DNA of 64,000 bases from an uncultured Phocaeicola sp. (GCA_948579315.1 CAPAOL010000015.1:588-64587), one strand, 5' to 3'; positions 1 through 12,048 are shown, counted from the stretch's first letter. A program made the numbers and translations. The notes: generated by a model from the letters alone, not told the origin.

Positions 1-19
1 GAAGGATATTGCTGTCCAT
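1..19 (-). CDS. Possible 5' end of a divergent gene running off the window (MDSNIL...)
   Basis: Minus-strand ATG at 19 preceded by an A-rich Bacteroides-type initiation region; only 6 codons visible. Confidence 0.3.
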
Positions 20-186
20 GGTTCAATTTATTTTTTAGTAAATTTGAATCAATCAATCTATTATTTTGAATCCAGATCCTTCGGCTATAGTGGAGGACTG
101 GACAGAATAATAAATTGTTAATTTTAAAAGATTAGTTTATGGTTTAGCATTGTGAATGTTTGGATAGACGTTTATCTTGTTCCTTT

Positions 187-218
187 CTCTGCCGAAGTAT
201 AGCTTCGGCAGAGTTTTT
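187..218 (+). terminator. Intrinsic terminator-like hairpin
   Basis: Perfect 11-bp stem CTCTGCCGAAG-tatag-CTTCGGCAGAG followed by TTTTT. Confidence 0.6.
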
Positions 219-360
219 CGGAGAGGAAGGTTATGGTGTGATATTGCTGTTTGCGGTATAATTTCTTATAAAAACAGGTCTAATCATTGTAATAACTATT
301 CAGTCTGTTGGTTTGTGATATCTTTTTCCGATATTTGTATAATCGAAAAAGATAAATACG

Positions 361-3300
361 ATGTTGAAACAGATTCTTTTTATATGGTTGTGTTTTTCTG
401 CCTTGACTTTGTTTGGTCAGAGTTTGATTGATATTAAATATTATTCTGTTCAAGACGGACTGTCGCAGAAAAATATTCAGAATCTGATTCAGGATGACAA
501 TGGTTATATATGGATGTCTACTTGGAATGGGTTAGAGCGTTTTGACGGATATTCTTTTACTAACTATAAAACCTATCCTGGAAGTAAAGTACGTATAGCG
601 AATCATCGTTTCACCAAGATTGAAAAAAGTTCGTTGAATAACATCTGGTGCCAGACGTATGATAAACATTGCTATTTATTTAATACCCGTACCTATCAAT
701 ATGAAGATCCGTTCCTTTTCAATAAAAGTCTGGTAAATTCAGTTGAGAAGCTTTATGTATTGCGTAAAGGAATAACGTGGGCAGTAGGTACGCAAAACGA
801 GTTGTTCCGTATGGATGAAAATAAATTCCCAGATATGGAATCTGTACAGTTATATACCGGAAAAACAGAAAATAGTATAGGAGACAGCATTTATACTATT
901 ATACAGGATAAAGATGGAGATGAATGGATTCTGACAAATAAGGGAACTACTATTGTGGGGAAGAAGAGTATAGCGAATCTTATGCCTTTTAAATTCATGG
1001 TGGAGAATGCAGATGATATTTATCTTGCTACTTCAAAAGGATTTTTTGCCCGCTATGATTATCAGAATCAGAATGTTGTACCGTGTGTTCCTGATGAATC
1101 CATGTTCGAGATTATTGGATTGAAGTCCCTGTCTGATCATAAAATAGCTATCCTGCAAAAAAAAGGTATTCGATTTTATGATCCGAAAATTGGTAAATTC
1201 ACTTTTTATGAAATTCCTATAGAGATTAATCCTGATATTTATCAAGATAAGCAAGGAAATATTTGGATGTTGGGAGTGACTGACGGAGTGATTCGTTTGG
1301 ATTATCAAAATGAGGACATGGATTTGTTGAGTTATCCTAGATGTAAGGAAATTCCATTTACAGCTCCTTGCACTTTTATTCATGAAGATGAATATGGATG
1401 TATTTGGATAAATCCTGCAGGTGGTGAGTTCTGTTTTTATAATCCGGTAACTCGGAAGTTGGAACAGGCTTATATTTATGATGATATGGGAGAACGTAAG
1501 TTAGTTTCACTCCAAGCTTTTAGTTATATGATTGATCAACATCATAATTTATGGTATAACCATGACGGTTTTGGGTATATATCGTTTCATCAGAAAAATA
1601 TTGATTATATAACAAATACTCCTAAGGGAATGGCACGTGCCTTGACTGAGGATCATCAAAAACGCCTTTGGATTGGATGGAAGCGTAATCATAAAAGACA
1701 ACCGGGAAATCTTTGTCTTTATGATTCATTAGGACAATGGATTGGCAATATTTCGAGAGATGGAAAGTTATTAGCTGATCATTCAGCTGCTTTTAACGTT
1801 GATGTATATTGTATTTATGAAGATAGAGAACAGAATATATGGCTGGGAACAAAGGAGGATGGACTTTTTTTGCTTACTCCGAAAAATGAGAATAATTATG
1901 AAGTTACACAATATATACCTCGTGAAGATGATCCTTATAGCATTTCTTCAAACTCTGTATATTCTATTCTGCAAGATTCAAAAGGGCGAATGTGGATAGG
2001 AACTTGGGGAGGTGGCATTAATTTGATTGACCATTCTTCGGAAAATGGTCATATACGTTTTATTCATTCAGGGAATATTCTTAATAATTATCCTATTCAT
2101 GTATGTGAGAAAGTTCGTTGTCTGTATGAGGCTGAAAATGGAGTTGTCCTGATTGGAACTACGGGGGGATTGCTAGCTTGTCCTTCAGAATTTATGAAAC
2201 CGGAAGCTATCAGATTCTATCACAATATTTGTGAGGAACGATATTCCAGTCTAAGCAATAATGATGTGCTTAATATTACCCAAACCCGTAGGGGAAAGCT
2301 TATAGTAACAACGCAAAGTGGAGGGATAAATATTCTAGAGGGACATGGTGATTTGTCTGAAAAGTTAATTTTTGAGCATTACAATGCAACGATAGGGCAA
2401 GTTTCTGATTTGACTCTTTCTACTATTGAGGATAAGGAAGGAAATATATGGGTTGTTTCAGAGAATAAAATATCAAAATACGATGCAGAAATGAATTTGT
2501 TGGGTGAGCTTAGTGATCAAATATTGATGGCTGAAACCAAGCCGGTTCTGCTATCTTCCGGTAAATTGTTTTTAGGGTCACTATATGGTGCGTTATGTAT
2601 TACTCCTGATGAACTGCATAAAAGTGATTTTGTTCCTCCTATTGTTTTTTCTCATCTTGATATTTATTTGAACAATACCTCTCGTCGTCAGGATATATAT
2701 AATCATCGTGAGGTCCAGTATTTACAGGCTGACGAGCGCAATTTTATTATCACCTTTGCCGCTTTGGATTATGTTAATTCTCCGGCTATTAAATATGCAT
2801 ATCGAATCAAGGGGCTGAATGACCAGTGGATAGACCTTGGAAATAACCGTTCTGCCAGTTTGGTGAATATACCTGCTGGTGATTATTTGTTTCAGGTCAA
2901 ATCGACTAATGCTGATGGAGTATGGGTGGATAATGTAACTTCTTTATCTATACATATTGCTCCTGTATTCGGTGAGACTATTTGGGCGATACTACTCTAT
3001 ACCATCATAGCAGTGGGGATTATGTTGGTAGTGGTTTACATAGTGATACGTATCACTAATCTGCAACGCAGAGTGGATTTTGAACAACAAATTTCCAACT
3101 TGAAGCTGCGTTTTTTCACTGATATATCTCATGAACTTCGTACACCGTTGACGCTTATAACCAGTCCTATTGACGAAGTCATCAGCAATGAGAAATTATC
3201 TGATGTTGGCATGGAGAATATGCAAGTGGCCAAAAGAAATGCGGACAGGATGCTGCGGCTTATCAATCAAATATTGGATTTTCGCAAGATACAGAATGAT

Positions 3301-4683
3301 AAAATGAAAGTGTTGGTGGAGCAAGTAGATGTAATCCCTTTGATTTTAAAAATCTACGGTAATTTTGTTCCTATGGCTCATACGCACCGTATTGATTTCA
3401 GGTTGATTTGTCCTCTTGATACTTTTGTTATGTATACGGATGTGGACAAATTGGAAAAGATTCTTTTTAATTTATTGTCCAATGCCTTTAAATATACTCC
3501 CGATGAGAAAAGTATCTTCTTGTCTGTTACTTGTGAGAAACAGATTTTATGTTTGCAAGTAAAGGATGAGGGCAGGGGAATTAATGCTCAAAAGCTCAAC
3601 CGTTTGTTTACCCGTTTTGATACGTTAGATGAGGCTAATCCTAATATGTCTACCGGTATAGGACTTTCATTAGTTAAAGAATTATTGAATCTGCTTCATG
3701 GTACAATCAGAGTAGACAGTAAATTGGGTGAGGGTAGCAGTTTCTTTGTTAGGTTGCCGGGGAGTCGCGATACGTTTGATGCCGATGCCAATGCCGAATT
3801 TATTCTGGCCGATGGTGAAAATTCCGGTTCGAAAACAGTGGTACCTGATAATCTTATAGAAGAGGAGGAAGATAAGGAAACACGGATTCTTATTATTGAG
3901 GATAATGAGGAACTTCGTCATTTTATCTGTGGCGTACTCGCCAGGGAGTATGTGGTTTTTGAAGCGGGTAACGGTCGTCAAGGACTTGAAATGACTTTGA
4001 GTGAATTGCCTGATATTGTGATCAGTGACATTATGATGCCTGAAATGGATGGAATAGAGTATCTGAAACAAGTGAAAGGGAATAGTGATATCTGTCATAT
4101 TCCTATCATTCTGCTATCTGCCAAGTCTTCGTTGAATGATCAGATTCAGGGATTGGAATATGGAGCAGATGAATATATAACAAAACCTTTCAGTTCTGCT
4201 TATTTGAAGGCTAGGGTAGATTCTTTGCTCAAACAAAGGCAAATGTTGTATGATTATTATACTTCAAAAATGAGAGAAGAGAAGGATGCTTCTTTTATGG
4301 AACAACTTGCTCCTTCTACTCCCCAAGTTACTCATTTCGATGATGATTTCATCTGTAATATCCTTCAGAGTGTGGAAGAAAACATTCAGAATTCCGAATT
4401 TAGAATTGATGATCTGGCCGAGGCCATGAGTATGAGCCGGACTGTATTCTATCGGAAAGTGAAATCTCTGATGGGAGTTTCTCCCGTAGATTTTGTCAAG
4501 ACGATGCGGATTAAACGGGCAGTCCAGCTTTTGGAACAGGATGAATTAACTGTATCTGAAGTAGGATATATGAGTGGATTCACTACTCCGCAATATTTCA
4601 GTAGAGTGTTCAAAGAAGCGATGGGATGTACACCAAAAGAGTATAAATTAAAACATAAACCGATTGGTGGGCAAAATGTGTAA
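361..4683 (+). CDS. Hybrid two-component sensor/regulator (HTCS) of the pectin PUL
   Basis: Signal peptide, beta-propeller repeats, Y_Y_Y domain, TM helix, HisKA (ISHELRTPL), HATPase (NAFKYT, GIGLSLV), receiver (SDIMMP), AraC HTH. Confidence 0.96.
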   Translation: MLKQILFIWLCFSALTLFGQSLIDIKYYSVQDGLSQKNIQNLIQDDNGYIWMSTWNGLERFDGYSFTNYKTYPGSKVRIANHRFTKIEKSSLNNIWCQTYDKHCYLFNTRTYQYEDPFLFNKSLVNSVEKLYVLRKGITWAVGTQNELFRMDENKFPDMESVQLYTGKTENSIGDSIYTIIQDKDGDEWILTNKGTTIVGKKSIANLMPFKFMVENADDIYLATSKGFFARYDYQNQNVVPCVPDESMFEIIGLKSLSDHKIAILQKKGIRFYDPKIGKFTFYEIPIEINPDIYQDKQGNIWMLGVTDGVIRLDYQNEDMDLLSYPRCKEIPFTAPCTFIHEDEYGCIWINPAGGEFCFYNPVTRKLEQAYIYDDMGERKLVSLQAFSYMIDQHHNLWYNHDGFGYISFHQKNIDYITNTPKGMARALTEDHQKRLWIGWKRNHKRQPGNLCLYDSLGQWIGNISRDGKLLADHSAAFNVDVYCIYEDREQNIWLGTKEDGLFLLTPKNENNYEVTQYIPREDDPYSISSNSVYSILQDSKGRMWIGTWGGGINLIDHSSENGHIRFIHSGNILNNYPIHVCEKVRCLYEAENGVVLIGTTGGLLACPSEFMKPEAIRFYHNICEERYSSLSNNDVLNITQTRRGKLIVTTQSGGINILEGHGDLSEKLIFEHYNATIGQVSDLTLSTIEDKEGNIWVVSENKISKYDAEMNLLGELSDQILMAETKPVLLSSGKLFLGSLYGALCITPDELHKSDFVPPIVFSHLDIYLNNTSRRQDIYNHREVQYLQADERNFIITFAALDYVNSPAIKYAYRIKGLNDQWIDLGNNRSASLVNIPAGDYLFQVKSTNADGVWVDNVTSLSIHIAPVFGETIWAILLYTIIAVGIMLVVVYIVIRITNLQRRVDFEQQISNLKLRFFTDISHELRTPLTLITSPIDEVISNEKLSDVGMENMQVAKRNADRMLRLINQILDFRKIQNDKMKVLVEQVDVIPLILKIYGNFVPMAHTHRIDFRLICPLDTFVMYTDVDKLEKILFNLLSNAFKYTPDEKSIFLSVTCEKQILCLQVKDEGRGINAQKLNRLFTRFDTLDEANPNMSTGIGLSLVKELLNLLHGTIRVDSKLGEGSSFFVRLPGSRDTFDADANAEFILADGENSGSKTVVPDNLIEEEEDKETRILIIEDNEELRHFICGVLAREYVVFEAGNGRQGLEMTLSELPDIVISDIMMPEMDGIEYLKQVKGNSDICHIPIILLSAKSSLNDQIQGLEYGADEYITKPFSSAYLKARVDSLLKQRQMLYDYYTSKMREEKDASFMEQLAPSTPQVTHFDDDFICNILQSVEENIQNSEFRIDDLAEAMSMSRTVFYRKVKSLMGVSPVDFVKTMRIKRAVQLLEQDELTVSEVGYMSGFTTPQYFSRVFKEAMGCTPKEYKLKHKPIGGQNV

Positions 4684-4734
4684 CTAATAGCCTAAATACT
4701 GCAACTTCCACACAGGTATCCTATTTTATATTTG
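4679..4734 (+). promoter_or_regulatory. -7 promoter TATATTTG (4727-4734) with 21-bp-spaced direct repeat TGYAACT (probable HTCS operator)
   Basis: TGTAACT 4679-4685 and TGCAACT 4700-4706; Bacteroides TAnnTTTG consensus. Confidence 0.55.
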
Positions 4735-4762
4735 CATAGAATTATAAACATAATACAATACT

Positions 4763-6154
4763 ATGCAGACAAGAACCGTTCAAATTTTGGCATCTTTGTT
4801 GTTTTTGACAACAGCCATATCTTCATGCGATAAAAAAGAAGTGTCTTCCTGGGATAAGATGGTAGAGGTTAACAATCAAATTGTATCTCCCGTCTTTCCT
4901 GATAGGACTTTTGTGATTACTGATTATCACGATGTGAAAGACACGCTTTATACAAATGCCATCAATCAGGCCATAGCCATTTGTTCTGAACAGGGAGGTG
5001 GAAAAGTGGTTATTCCCAATGGAGAATTTTTCACAGCCTCCATTCGTTTGAAATCCAATGTAAATCTCCATTTATCTGATAGTACGATTTTGAAGTTTAC
5101 TACAGATCCTTTTCTTTTTGATACTGTACAGACCCGTATAGAAGGAATAGATTGTTACAATATCTCTCCGTTGATTTATGCCTATGGAGAAAGTAATATT
5201 GCCATCACTGGTAATGGGGTGATGGATGGTCAGGCTGATAGAAGTAATTGGTTCAGCGAAAGCAGAATTCGTGGCATTGTACAGGAAGATGGTAAAAAAA
5301 TAAATGAGAAAACTTTATTGTATGAAATGAAAGAGGATTCTATTCCTTTTAAAGAACGGGTCTTTATGAGAGAGAATGGCATGCGCCCTCAGTTTATTAA
5401 TCTCTACAAATGTAAGAATATTCTATTGGAAGGATTTACTATCAACCGTTCGCCGTTTTGGCTCATTCATCCGTTGTTGTCCGAGAATATCACTGTCAGA
5501 AAAGTAAAGATGCAGAGTCATGGTTATAATAATGATGGTTGTGATCCGGAATCATGTAGGAATGTGTTGATTGAGGATTGTGATTTTGACACAGGCGATG
5601 ATTGTATCGCCATCAAATCGGGACGTGATGAAGATGGCCGTTACTGGAATATTCCCAGTGAGAATATTATAGTTCGTCATTGCAGAATGAAGGATGGTCA
5701 TGCTGGAGTAGCTATTGGCAGTGAGGTGACTGGAGGATGCCGTAACGTGTGGGTGGAAAATTGTACCATGGACAGTCCTGAACTCGACCGTATTATCCGT
5801 ATAAAATCAAATGCGATACGAGGAGGTGAAGTAGAAAACATATTTGTCCGGAATATAAGGGTAGGTGAGTGTAAGGAGTCTATTTTAGGCTTTGAATTGA
5901 AATACTGGCATGTGGATGACGGACCGTATCTTCCTTATTTTCATAATATTCATTTGGAAAATGTCACAAGTAAGAAAAGTCAGTATGTTTTGCATCTGGA
6001 TGGTTTTGAAGATAAAATACGGGCACGAGATATTTTTATAAAGGATTGTACTTTTGATGGAGTGATGAAACCTGAGATTAATAAAGTAATTGGTGTTGAA
6101 AACATTCATTTTGAGAATGTAACAGTAAATGGACAGGATTTTAAAGGATTATAA
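4763..6154 (+). CDS. GH28 polygalacturonase (lipoprotein)
   Basis: Lipobox ISSC; canonical GH28 motifs NNDG, GDD, GHAG, RIK. Confidence 0.92.
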   Translation: MQTRTVQILASLLFLTTAISSCDKKEVSSWDKMVEVNNQIVSPVFPDRTFVITDYHDVKDTLYTNAINQAIAICSEQGGGKVVIPNGEFFTASIRLKSNVNLHLSDSTILKFTTDPFLFDTVQTRIEGIDCYNISPLIYAYGESNIAITGNGVMDGQADRSNWFSESRIRGIVQEDGKKINEKTLLYEMKEDSIPFKERVFMRENGMRPQFINLYKCKNILLEGFTINRSPFWLIHPLLSENITVRKVKMQSHGYNNDGCDPESCRNVLIEDCDFDTGDDCIAIKSGRDEDGRYWNIPSENIIVRHCRMKDGHAGVAIGSEVTGGCRNVWVENCTMDSPELDRIIRIKSNAIRGGEVENIFVRNIRVGECKESILGFELKYWHVDDGPYLPYFHNIHLENVTSKKSQYVLHLDGFEDKIRARDIFIKDCTFDGVMKPEINKVIGVENIHFENVTVNGQDFKGL

Positions 6155-6158
6155 AGTG

Positions 6159-7088
6159 ATGGACAGATTCGCATTTTTATTAAGCTTTCTTTTGGGAGCA
6201 TTGATGACGGTCACTCTTCAGGCTCAGAAAATAATTCCTTTGTGGCAGAATAATATGCCCAATAGTAAAGGTATAGCTCTTAAAGACTCTGTAGCCAGGG
6301 AACGTGTGGTGCAAGTCGGGACTCCCACAATTCATGTTTATGAACCGTCAAAAGCTGAGCGTACTGGTACGGCGGTACTGATCATTCCCGGTGGCGGATA
6401 TGTGAAATTGGCGCATGAAATCAGTGGTATTGCATTGGCTAAATGGTATAATACTTTGGGAGTAACGGCTTTTGTTCTGATGCATCGTTTTCCACAATCG
6501 CCGGATGTAATAGAATCTTATAAAGCTCCTTTGCAGGATGGACAACGTGCTCTTCGCTATATACGTGCCCATGCGGAGGAATATGGAATAGATATTCATA
6601 AAGTGGGCGTGATGGGTTGTTCTGCCGGTGGCCATTTGGCTGCTTCATTGTGTGCTATTGATGAAGACTGGGCTAAAGTGGGCGATACGTTGGATGCGTA
6701 TAGTTGTAAACCCTCTTTTGCTGTATTGATATCTCCGGTTATTTCTATGGATGACGCTATTGTTCATGAAGGTAGCCGGACAAATCTGTTGGGAAAGCGG
6801 GAACAGGATATTACTCTCAGGAATTTGTTTTCTTTGGAGAAACAAGTGAATGGTAACACGGCACCGGCTATTTTGTTTCATGCTTCTAATGATAAGGCTG
6901 TCTCTCCTTTGAACAGCATAGCCTATTATACTGCCTTATATAATGCAGGAATAGAGAAATCCTCGTTGCATCTGTTCCCTACCGGTGGGCATGCCATTTC
7001 CTTGCGTGCCCAAAGGGGAAGCACGGTAATGTGGCCGGAACTGGCCGAAGCTTGGTTGATAGAAAACAGATTTCTTTCTCCATTATAA
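6159..7088 (+). CDS. Alpha/beta-hydrolase carbohydrate esterase (BD-FAE / acetyl-esterase-like)
   Basis: PGGGY oxyanion motif, GCSAGG nucleophile, Asp (NDKAV), His (GGHA); start moved to ATG 6159, which gives a signal peptide and removes the overlap. Confidence 0.85.
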   Translation: MDRFAFLLSFLLGALMTVTLQAQKIIPLWQNNMPNSKGIALKDSVARERVVQVGTPTIHVYEPSKAERTGTAVLIIPGGGYVKLAHEISGIALAKWYNTLGVTAFVLMHRFPQSPDVIESYKAPLQDGQRALRYIRAHAEEYGIDIHKVGVMGCSAGGHLAASLCAIDEDWAKVGDTLDAYSCKPSFAVLISPVISMDDAIVHEGSRTNLLGKREQDITLRNLFSLEKQVNGNTAPAILFHASNDKAVSPLNSIAYYTALYNAGIEKSSLHLFPTGGHAISLRAQRGSTVMWPELAEAWLIENRFLSPL

Positions 7089-7124
7089 AAGTCGATACCA
7101 TTTATTCATTAATTTAATTATAGA

Positions 7125-9593
7125 ATGACACATAAATTATTAAAAAGAGCACTTGTAGTTTTGCTATCTGTAGTCAGCATCAGTATAGATGCTCAGGAAA
7201 AGCCTGTATTGTGGTATGATAAGCCTGCTCAATATTGGGAAGAGGCACTACCTTTGGGAAATGGACGTTTAGGAGCCATGGTATATGGCAATCCTGCGGC
7301 CGAAGAGATTCAACTGAACGAGGAGACAGTTTCGGCAGGTTCTCCTTACAAAAATTATAATCCTGAGGCTAAAGGAGCATTGGCGACCATCCGTCAGTTA
7401 ATTTTTGCTGGTAGATATCCTGAAGCTCAAGAGTTGGCAGGTGAAAAAATCCTCTCCAAGAACGGTTTTGGAATGCCTTATCAGACAGTGGGTAGTTTGC
7501 GATTGGACTTTCCCGGTCATGAAAACTATATCAATTTCCGTCGTGAATTGGATTTGGAAAAAGCTGTAGCCACGACTGCTTATACTGTAAATGGAGTAGA
7601 TTATAAGCGTGAAGTCTTTACTTCTTTTGTCGATCAGCTGGTCATTGTACGCCTTACTGCTTCTCAACCGGGAAAGCTTACTTTTTCCGCTTCCCTGACT
7701 TGTCCTCAGAAGGTGGATGTTACCGTTTCTGGAAAAAATGCCTTGATTTTGGAAGGTACAACCAAAGGAGACGATTTCACAAAAGGTGCGATTCGTTTCC
7801 GTGCAGATTTGAAGTTGGATTTACAGAGTGGAAAGAGTGTGGCAGGAGATACATTATTATCTGTGACTAATGCTAATAGTGCTACTATTTATATCGCCAT
7901 GGCTACTAACTTTGTGAATTATAAGGATATATCTGGAAATCCATCCGAGCGTAATAAGATATCCATGAAGAATGCCGGAAAGAATTATGCCCGAGCTTTA
8001 CAGGCTCATATCAATGTATATCAAAAATACTATAACCGTGTATCTTTGAATTTGGGACGTACTTCGCAGGCTGATAAACCTACAGATGTCCGGGTTAAAG
8101 AATTCGCTACTTCCAATGACCCTCATTTAGTCGCTCTTTATTTTCAGTTTGGTCGTTATTTGCTTATTTCCAGTTCTCAGCCGGGAGGGCAACCTGCTAA
8201 TTTACAAGGTATTTGGAATCAGAAACTGAATCCTGCTTGGAAATGTCGTTATACCACCAATATCAATGCGGAAATGAATTATTGGCCTGCCGAAGTTACC
8301 AATTTGCGCGAGATGCATGAGCCTTTCCTGCAAATGGTGAAAGAATTGTATGAGAATGGTCAGGAGGCTTCCCGAGAGATGTATGGTTGTCGGGGATGGG
8401 TATTGCATCACAATACGGATTTATGGCGTATGAATGGTGCTGTAGATAGGGCCTATTGTGGGCCGTGGCCTACCTGTAATGCATGGTTATGCCAGCATTT
8501 GTGGGATCGTTACCTCTATTCGGGTGATAAGGAATACTTGGCTTCTGTGTATCCTATTCTGAGGAGTGCTTCAGAGTTCTTTGTTGATTTTTTAGTAAGA
8601 GATCCTAATACCGGTTATCTGGTTGTCACTCCTAGTAATTCCCCGGAGAATTCGCCTAGTATTTGGAGAGGGAAAGCCAATTTGTTTGCAGGTATCACGA
8701 TGGACAATCAGTTGGTATCCGATTTATTTTCAAACACTCGGGCTGCAGCACAGGTTTTGAACTTGGACAAGCAGTTCTGTGATACTATTCTGTCATTAAA
8801 AAGACAACTTCCTCCCATGCAGGTAGGGCAATACGGACAGTTGCAAGAGTGGTTCGAAGACTGGGATAACCCTAATGATCATCACCGTCATATCTCTCAC
8901 TTATGGGGATTTTTCCCTGGTTATCAAATTTCGCCTTATTCGTCACCTGTGCTCTTTGAGGCTGCCCGAAATACATTGATACAGCGTGGTGATCCTTCTA
9001 CTGGTTGGTCCATGGGATGGAAAGTTTGTTTTTGGGCAAGATGTTTGGATGGAAATCATGCATTTAAGTTGATTACCAATCAGTTGAATCTTGTTTCTCC
9101 CGAAGTGCAGAAAGGTCAGGGAGGAGGTACTTATCCAAATTTGTTCGATGCTCATCCGCCTTTCCAGATTGATGGAAATTTTGGTTGCACAGCCGGGATT
9201 GCTGAAATGTTGATGCAGAGTCATGATGGGGCTGTTCATTTACTTCCTGCTTTACCTGATACTTGGAAAGATGGAGAGATTAGGGGGCTTCGTGCACGTG
9301 GTGGTTTTGAAATTGTTTCTCTGAGATGGAAGGATGGCAAGATAGAATCGGCAGTTATCAAATCTACTATCGGTGGTAATCTTCGCTTGCGCGTGCACAA
9401 TGCTTTAATGGTGGATGGTATGACACTGGTTAAAGCTAAAGAGGATAATCCTAATCCTTTGTTTGGAAAGCAGGAAATCAGTCGTCCGCTTATTAGTGAG
9501 AAAGCTCCATTGAAGGGAGTGGAACTGAAAGATTCCTATTTATATGATGTACCCACTGAAGCGGGACAAACTTATATTTTCACTCAATTATAA
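7125..9593 (+). CDS. GH95 alpha-L-fucosidase/alpha-L-galactosidase
   Basis: [43 protein letters not shown] motifs. Confidence 0.93.
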   Translation: MTHKLLKRALVVLLSVVSISIDAQEKPVLWYDKPAQYWEEALPLGNGRLGAMVYGNPAAEEIQLNEETVSAGSPYKNYNPEAKGALATIRQLIFAGRYPEAQELAGEKILSKNGFGMPYQTVGSLRLDFPGHENYINFRRELDLEKAVATTAYTVNGVDYKREVFTSFVDQLVIVRLTASQPGKLTFSASLTCPQKVDVTVSGKNALILEGTTKGDDFTKGAIRFRADLKLDLQSGKSVAGDTLLSVTNANSATIYIAMATNFVNYKDISGNPSERNKISMKNAGKNYARALQAHINVYQKYYNRVSLNLGRTSQADKPTDVRVKEFATSNDPHLVALYFQFGRYLLISSSQPGGQPANLQGIWNQKLNPAWKCRYTTNINAEMNYWPAEVTNLREMHEPFLQMVKELYENGQEASREMYGCRGWVLHHNTDLWRMNGAVDRAYCGPWPTCNAWLCQHLWDRYLYSGDKEYLASVYPILRSASEFFVDFLVRDPNTGYLVVTPSNSPENSPSIWRGKANLFAGITMDNQLVSDLFSNTRAAAQVLNLDKQFCDTILSLKRQLPPMQVGQYGQLQEWFEDWDNPNDHHRHISHLWGFFPGYQISPYSSPVLFEAARNTLIQRGDPSTGWSMGWKVCFWARCLDGNHAFKLITNQLNLVSPEVQKGQGGGTYPNLFDAHPPFQIDGNFGCTAGIAEMLMQSHDGAVHLLPALPDTWKDGEIRGLRARGGFEIVSLRWKDGKIESAVIKSTIGGNLRLRVHNALMVDGMTLVKAKEDNPNPLFGKQEISRPLISEKAPLKGVELKDSYLYDVPTEAGQTYIFTQL

Positions 9594-9606
9594 TCGTTGT
9601 ATAAAC

Positions 9607-11967
9607 ATGAAAAAAATAGTATTTAGTCTTTTAATGCTTGTGCCTTTCGGACTTGTTTCCTGTTTTTCTGGAGCATCAGAATCTTCAACTGAAGAAATTG
9701 AAACACAGAAAATGCAACAACAAGTAGATTCACTTTATAAGAAAATGTCTCAAGCTGAACGAGTTGCTCAGTTGTATGGTATCCGTTCCTCAGAGGTGGT
9801 GGAGAATGGAAAATTGTCTTTACAGAAATGTAGAGAAAAAATTCCTAATGGAATAGGACATGTATGTCAATATGCTTGTGCATTAGATTTAGGACCGAAT
9901 GAATTGCGTGATTTTGTACGCGATTCTCAGAATTATCTTATAAATGAAACTCCGTTGGGTGTACCAGCTATATTCTATGAGGAGGCTATTATTGGATTGG
10001 CAGCTAAAGGAACAACTGTTTATCCTCAACAATTAGGGGTCGCTTGTTCTTGGAATCCTGAACTGGCTACAGTTAACACAGAACAGACGGCAGAAGTCAT
10101 GCGCTCTGTTGGTGCTACGCTTGCTTTATCACCCATGGTCGATCTTATACGTACCGCGTATTGGCCTCGTATAGAAGAATCTTATGGGGAAGATGGCTAT
10201 CTCAGTCCAGCTATGGGGGTAGCTTTTATAGAAGGTTTGCAAAAGAATGGGTTGAAGGATGGTGTTGCAGCTTGTACTAAGCATTTTTGGGGATATGGTG
10301 GAGGTTCTTCATTGACATGGAAAGAAATTTTTGAAGAAGTACTTATGCTACATGAAGCTATGATACGATTGGCGGATTGTAAAGTCTTGATGATATCTTA
10401 TGGTCGTTTTCGTAGTGAACAGGCTGTATCTAGTGATACTCTTTTGAATAAAATATTGCGTGGATATTTAGAATTTGACGGCTTGGTAGTGGGTGATTAT
10501 GGTGCTGTGGAACATTCCAGTCAGAAAGGTAATCCTGAAATCCTAAAACAAAGGGCTATTGAGGCTCTTGTAGCAGGTAATGACATTGAACTTCCTTCGA
10601 ATAATTGTTATAAATTTTTGTCCGAGTTAATAAAAGATGGTTTAATTGATGAGCAATATTTTGAAAAGGCGGTGAAACGTTCATTAATGTTGAAGGCACG
10701 TTTAGGATTGTTGTCAACGGATCGGAAACTTTATGCAAATGGAGATTTGGATTTAGATTGTCCTCAATATCGTAAAACATCTTATGATTTGGCTTGTCAA
10801 TCTATTGTTTTATTGAAGAATAATGGGGTGTTGCCCCTTTCTGGCAAGCATAAAAAAATTGCTTTGGTAAGACCGAATGCAAACACTTATTGGTGTATGT
10901 TGGCGGATTATACTTACTAGTCTGTGCAGGCGTTTTGGTGGGGAGGAAAAATAGATCTTGAAAATCCTAAAATTATCTCAGTATACGATGCTTTGAAACC
11001 TAAGTTAGGAGAAAATTTTACTTTAGGGTATGAACGTGGGTGCGATTGGAGCGCAACAAATGAAACAGCCATTATTCGTGAAGGTGATCCTAGGACGGAA
11101 CGTTTGAATATGATGCTTATGGAGTCATCTGATCCTACTAATTGGAAGGCTGCCATAAAACTAGCTTCAGAAAGCGATGTCGTTATTGCTGCATTAGGAG
11201 AAAACCCAACTTTATGCAGAGAGGCCCGTCAACGTAAAGGAATTCGTTTGCCGGGAGATCAGGAACGTTTTTTAAAAGAACTGATTGCTACAGGAAAACC
11301 TGTTGTTTTAATGATGTTTGGTGGACGTCCTCGAGTTATTGATGAAGTGGAGGCTGGTTGTGCAGCTATTCTTCAAGCTTGGTATCCTGGTGAAGAAGGG
11401 GGAAATGCTGTTGCTGATATCTTGTTGGGTAATGTTAATCCTTCCGGAAAACTTTGTGTCAGTTATCCTAAGACAGAAAGTGAAGAACTTTATTGTTATA
11501 ATAATGGTGTTTCTCAAGAGAAAATAGCTTATCCGTTTGATTTTGGACTTTCATATACTTCTTTCGAATATAGTGGGATGAATGTTCCGGCAACAGCGCA
11601 AACAACGGATGATTTTATTGAGATAAGCTGTCGGGTAAAGAATACCGGTATGCGTAAAGGGGTTGAAATTGTACAGCTTTATTTATCTCCTGAATCTTCA
11701 CAATCTCTTAAACCTATACAGTTAAAAGGATTTGCTCGGGTAAATTTGAAACCTGGCGAATCAAAAAGGGTAAGCTTTAAAGTTTCTCCTCAGCAAATGG
11801 CATATTACGTGAATGGTAAATGGACTATAGATGATGGAGCATATAAATTTAAAATTGGTGCGTCCTCGTCAGATATACGTTTGGAATCTTCATGCCAACT
11901 TATAGGGAAGAAACTACAGATGGAACATAGAAATGTACTGTTTGCTGTGCAAGATATACAACCTTAG
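9607..11967 (+). pseudogene. GH3 beta-glucosidase/xylosidase pseudogene (in-frame TAG at 10918-10920)
   Basis: ORFs 9544-10920 and 10924-11967 are in the same frame, separated by one TAG (DYTY*SVQ); GH3 N- and C-domains and Fn3-like tail present. Confidence 0.88.
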
Positions 11968-11973
11968 AACAAG

Positions 11974-12022
11974 ATTCTTGATGTACAATATTATAATGTA
12001 ATTTTGTACGTCAAGAATTTTT
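11974..12022 (+). terminator. Intrinsic terminator-like hairpin
   Basis: ATTCTTGATGTACAA ... TTGTACGTCAAGAAT followed by a T run. Confidence 0.6.
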
Positions 12023-12048
12023 ATTTAAATATATAAATTAATTCATAT

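Noticed and set aside
177..431. 84-aa ORF overlapping the HTCS start
   Set aside because: TTG start, crosses a terminator hairpin and the promoter region, no recognisable motif
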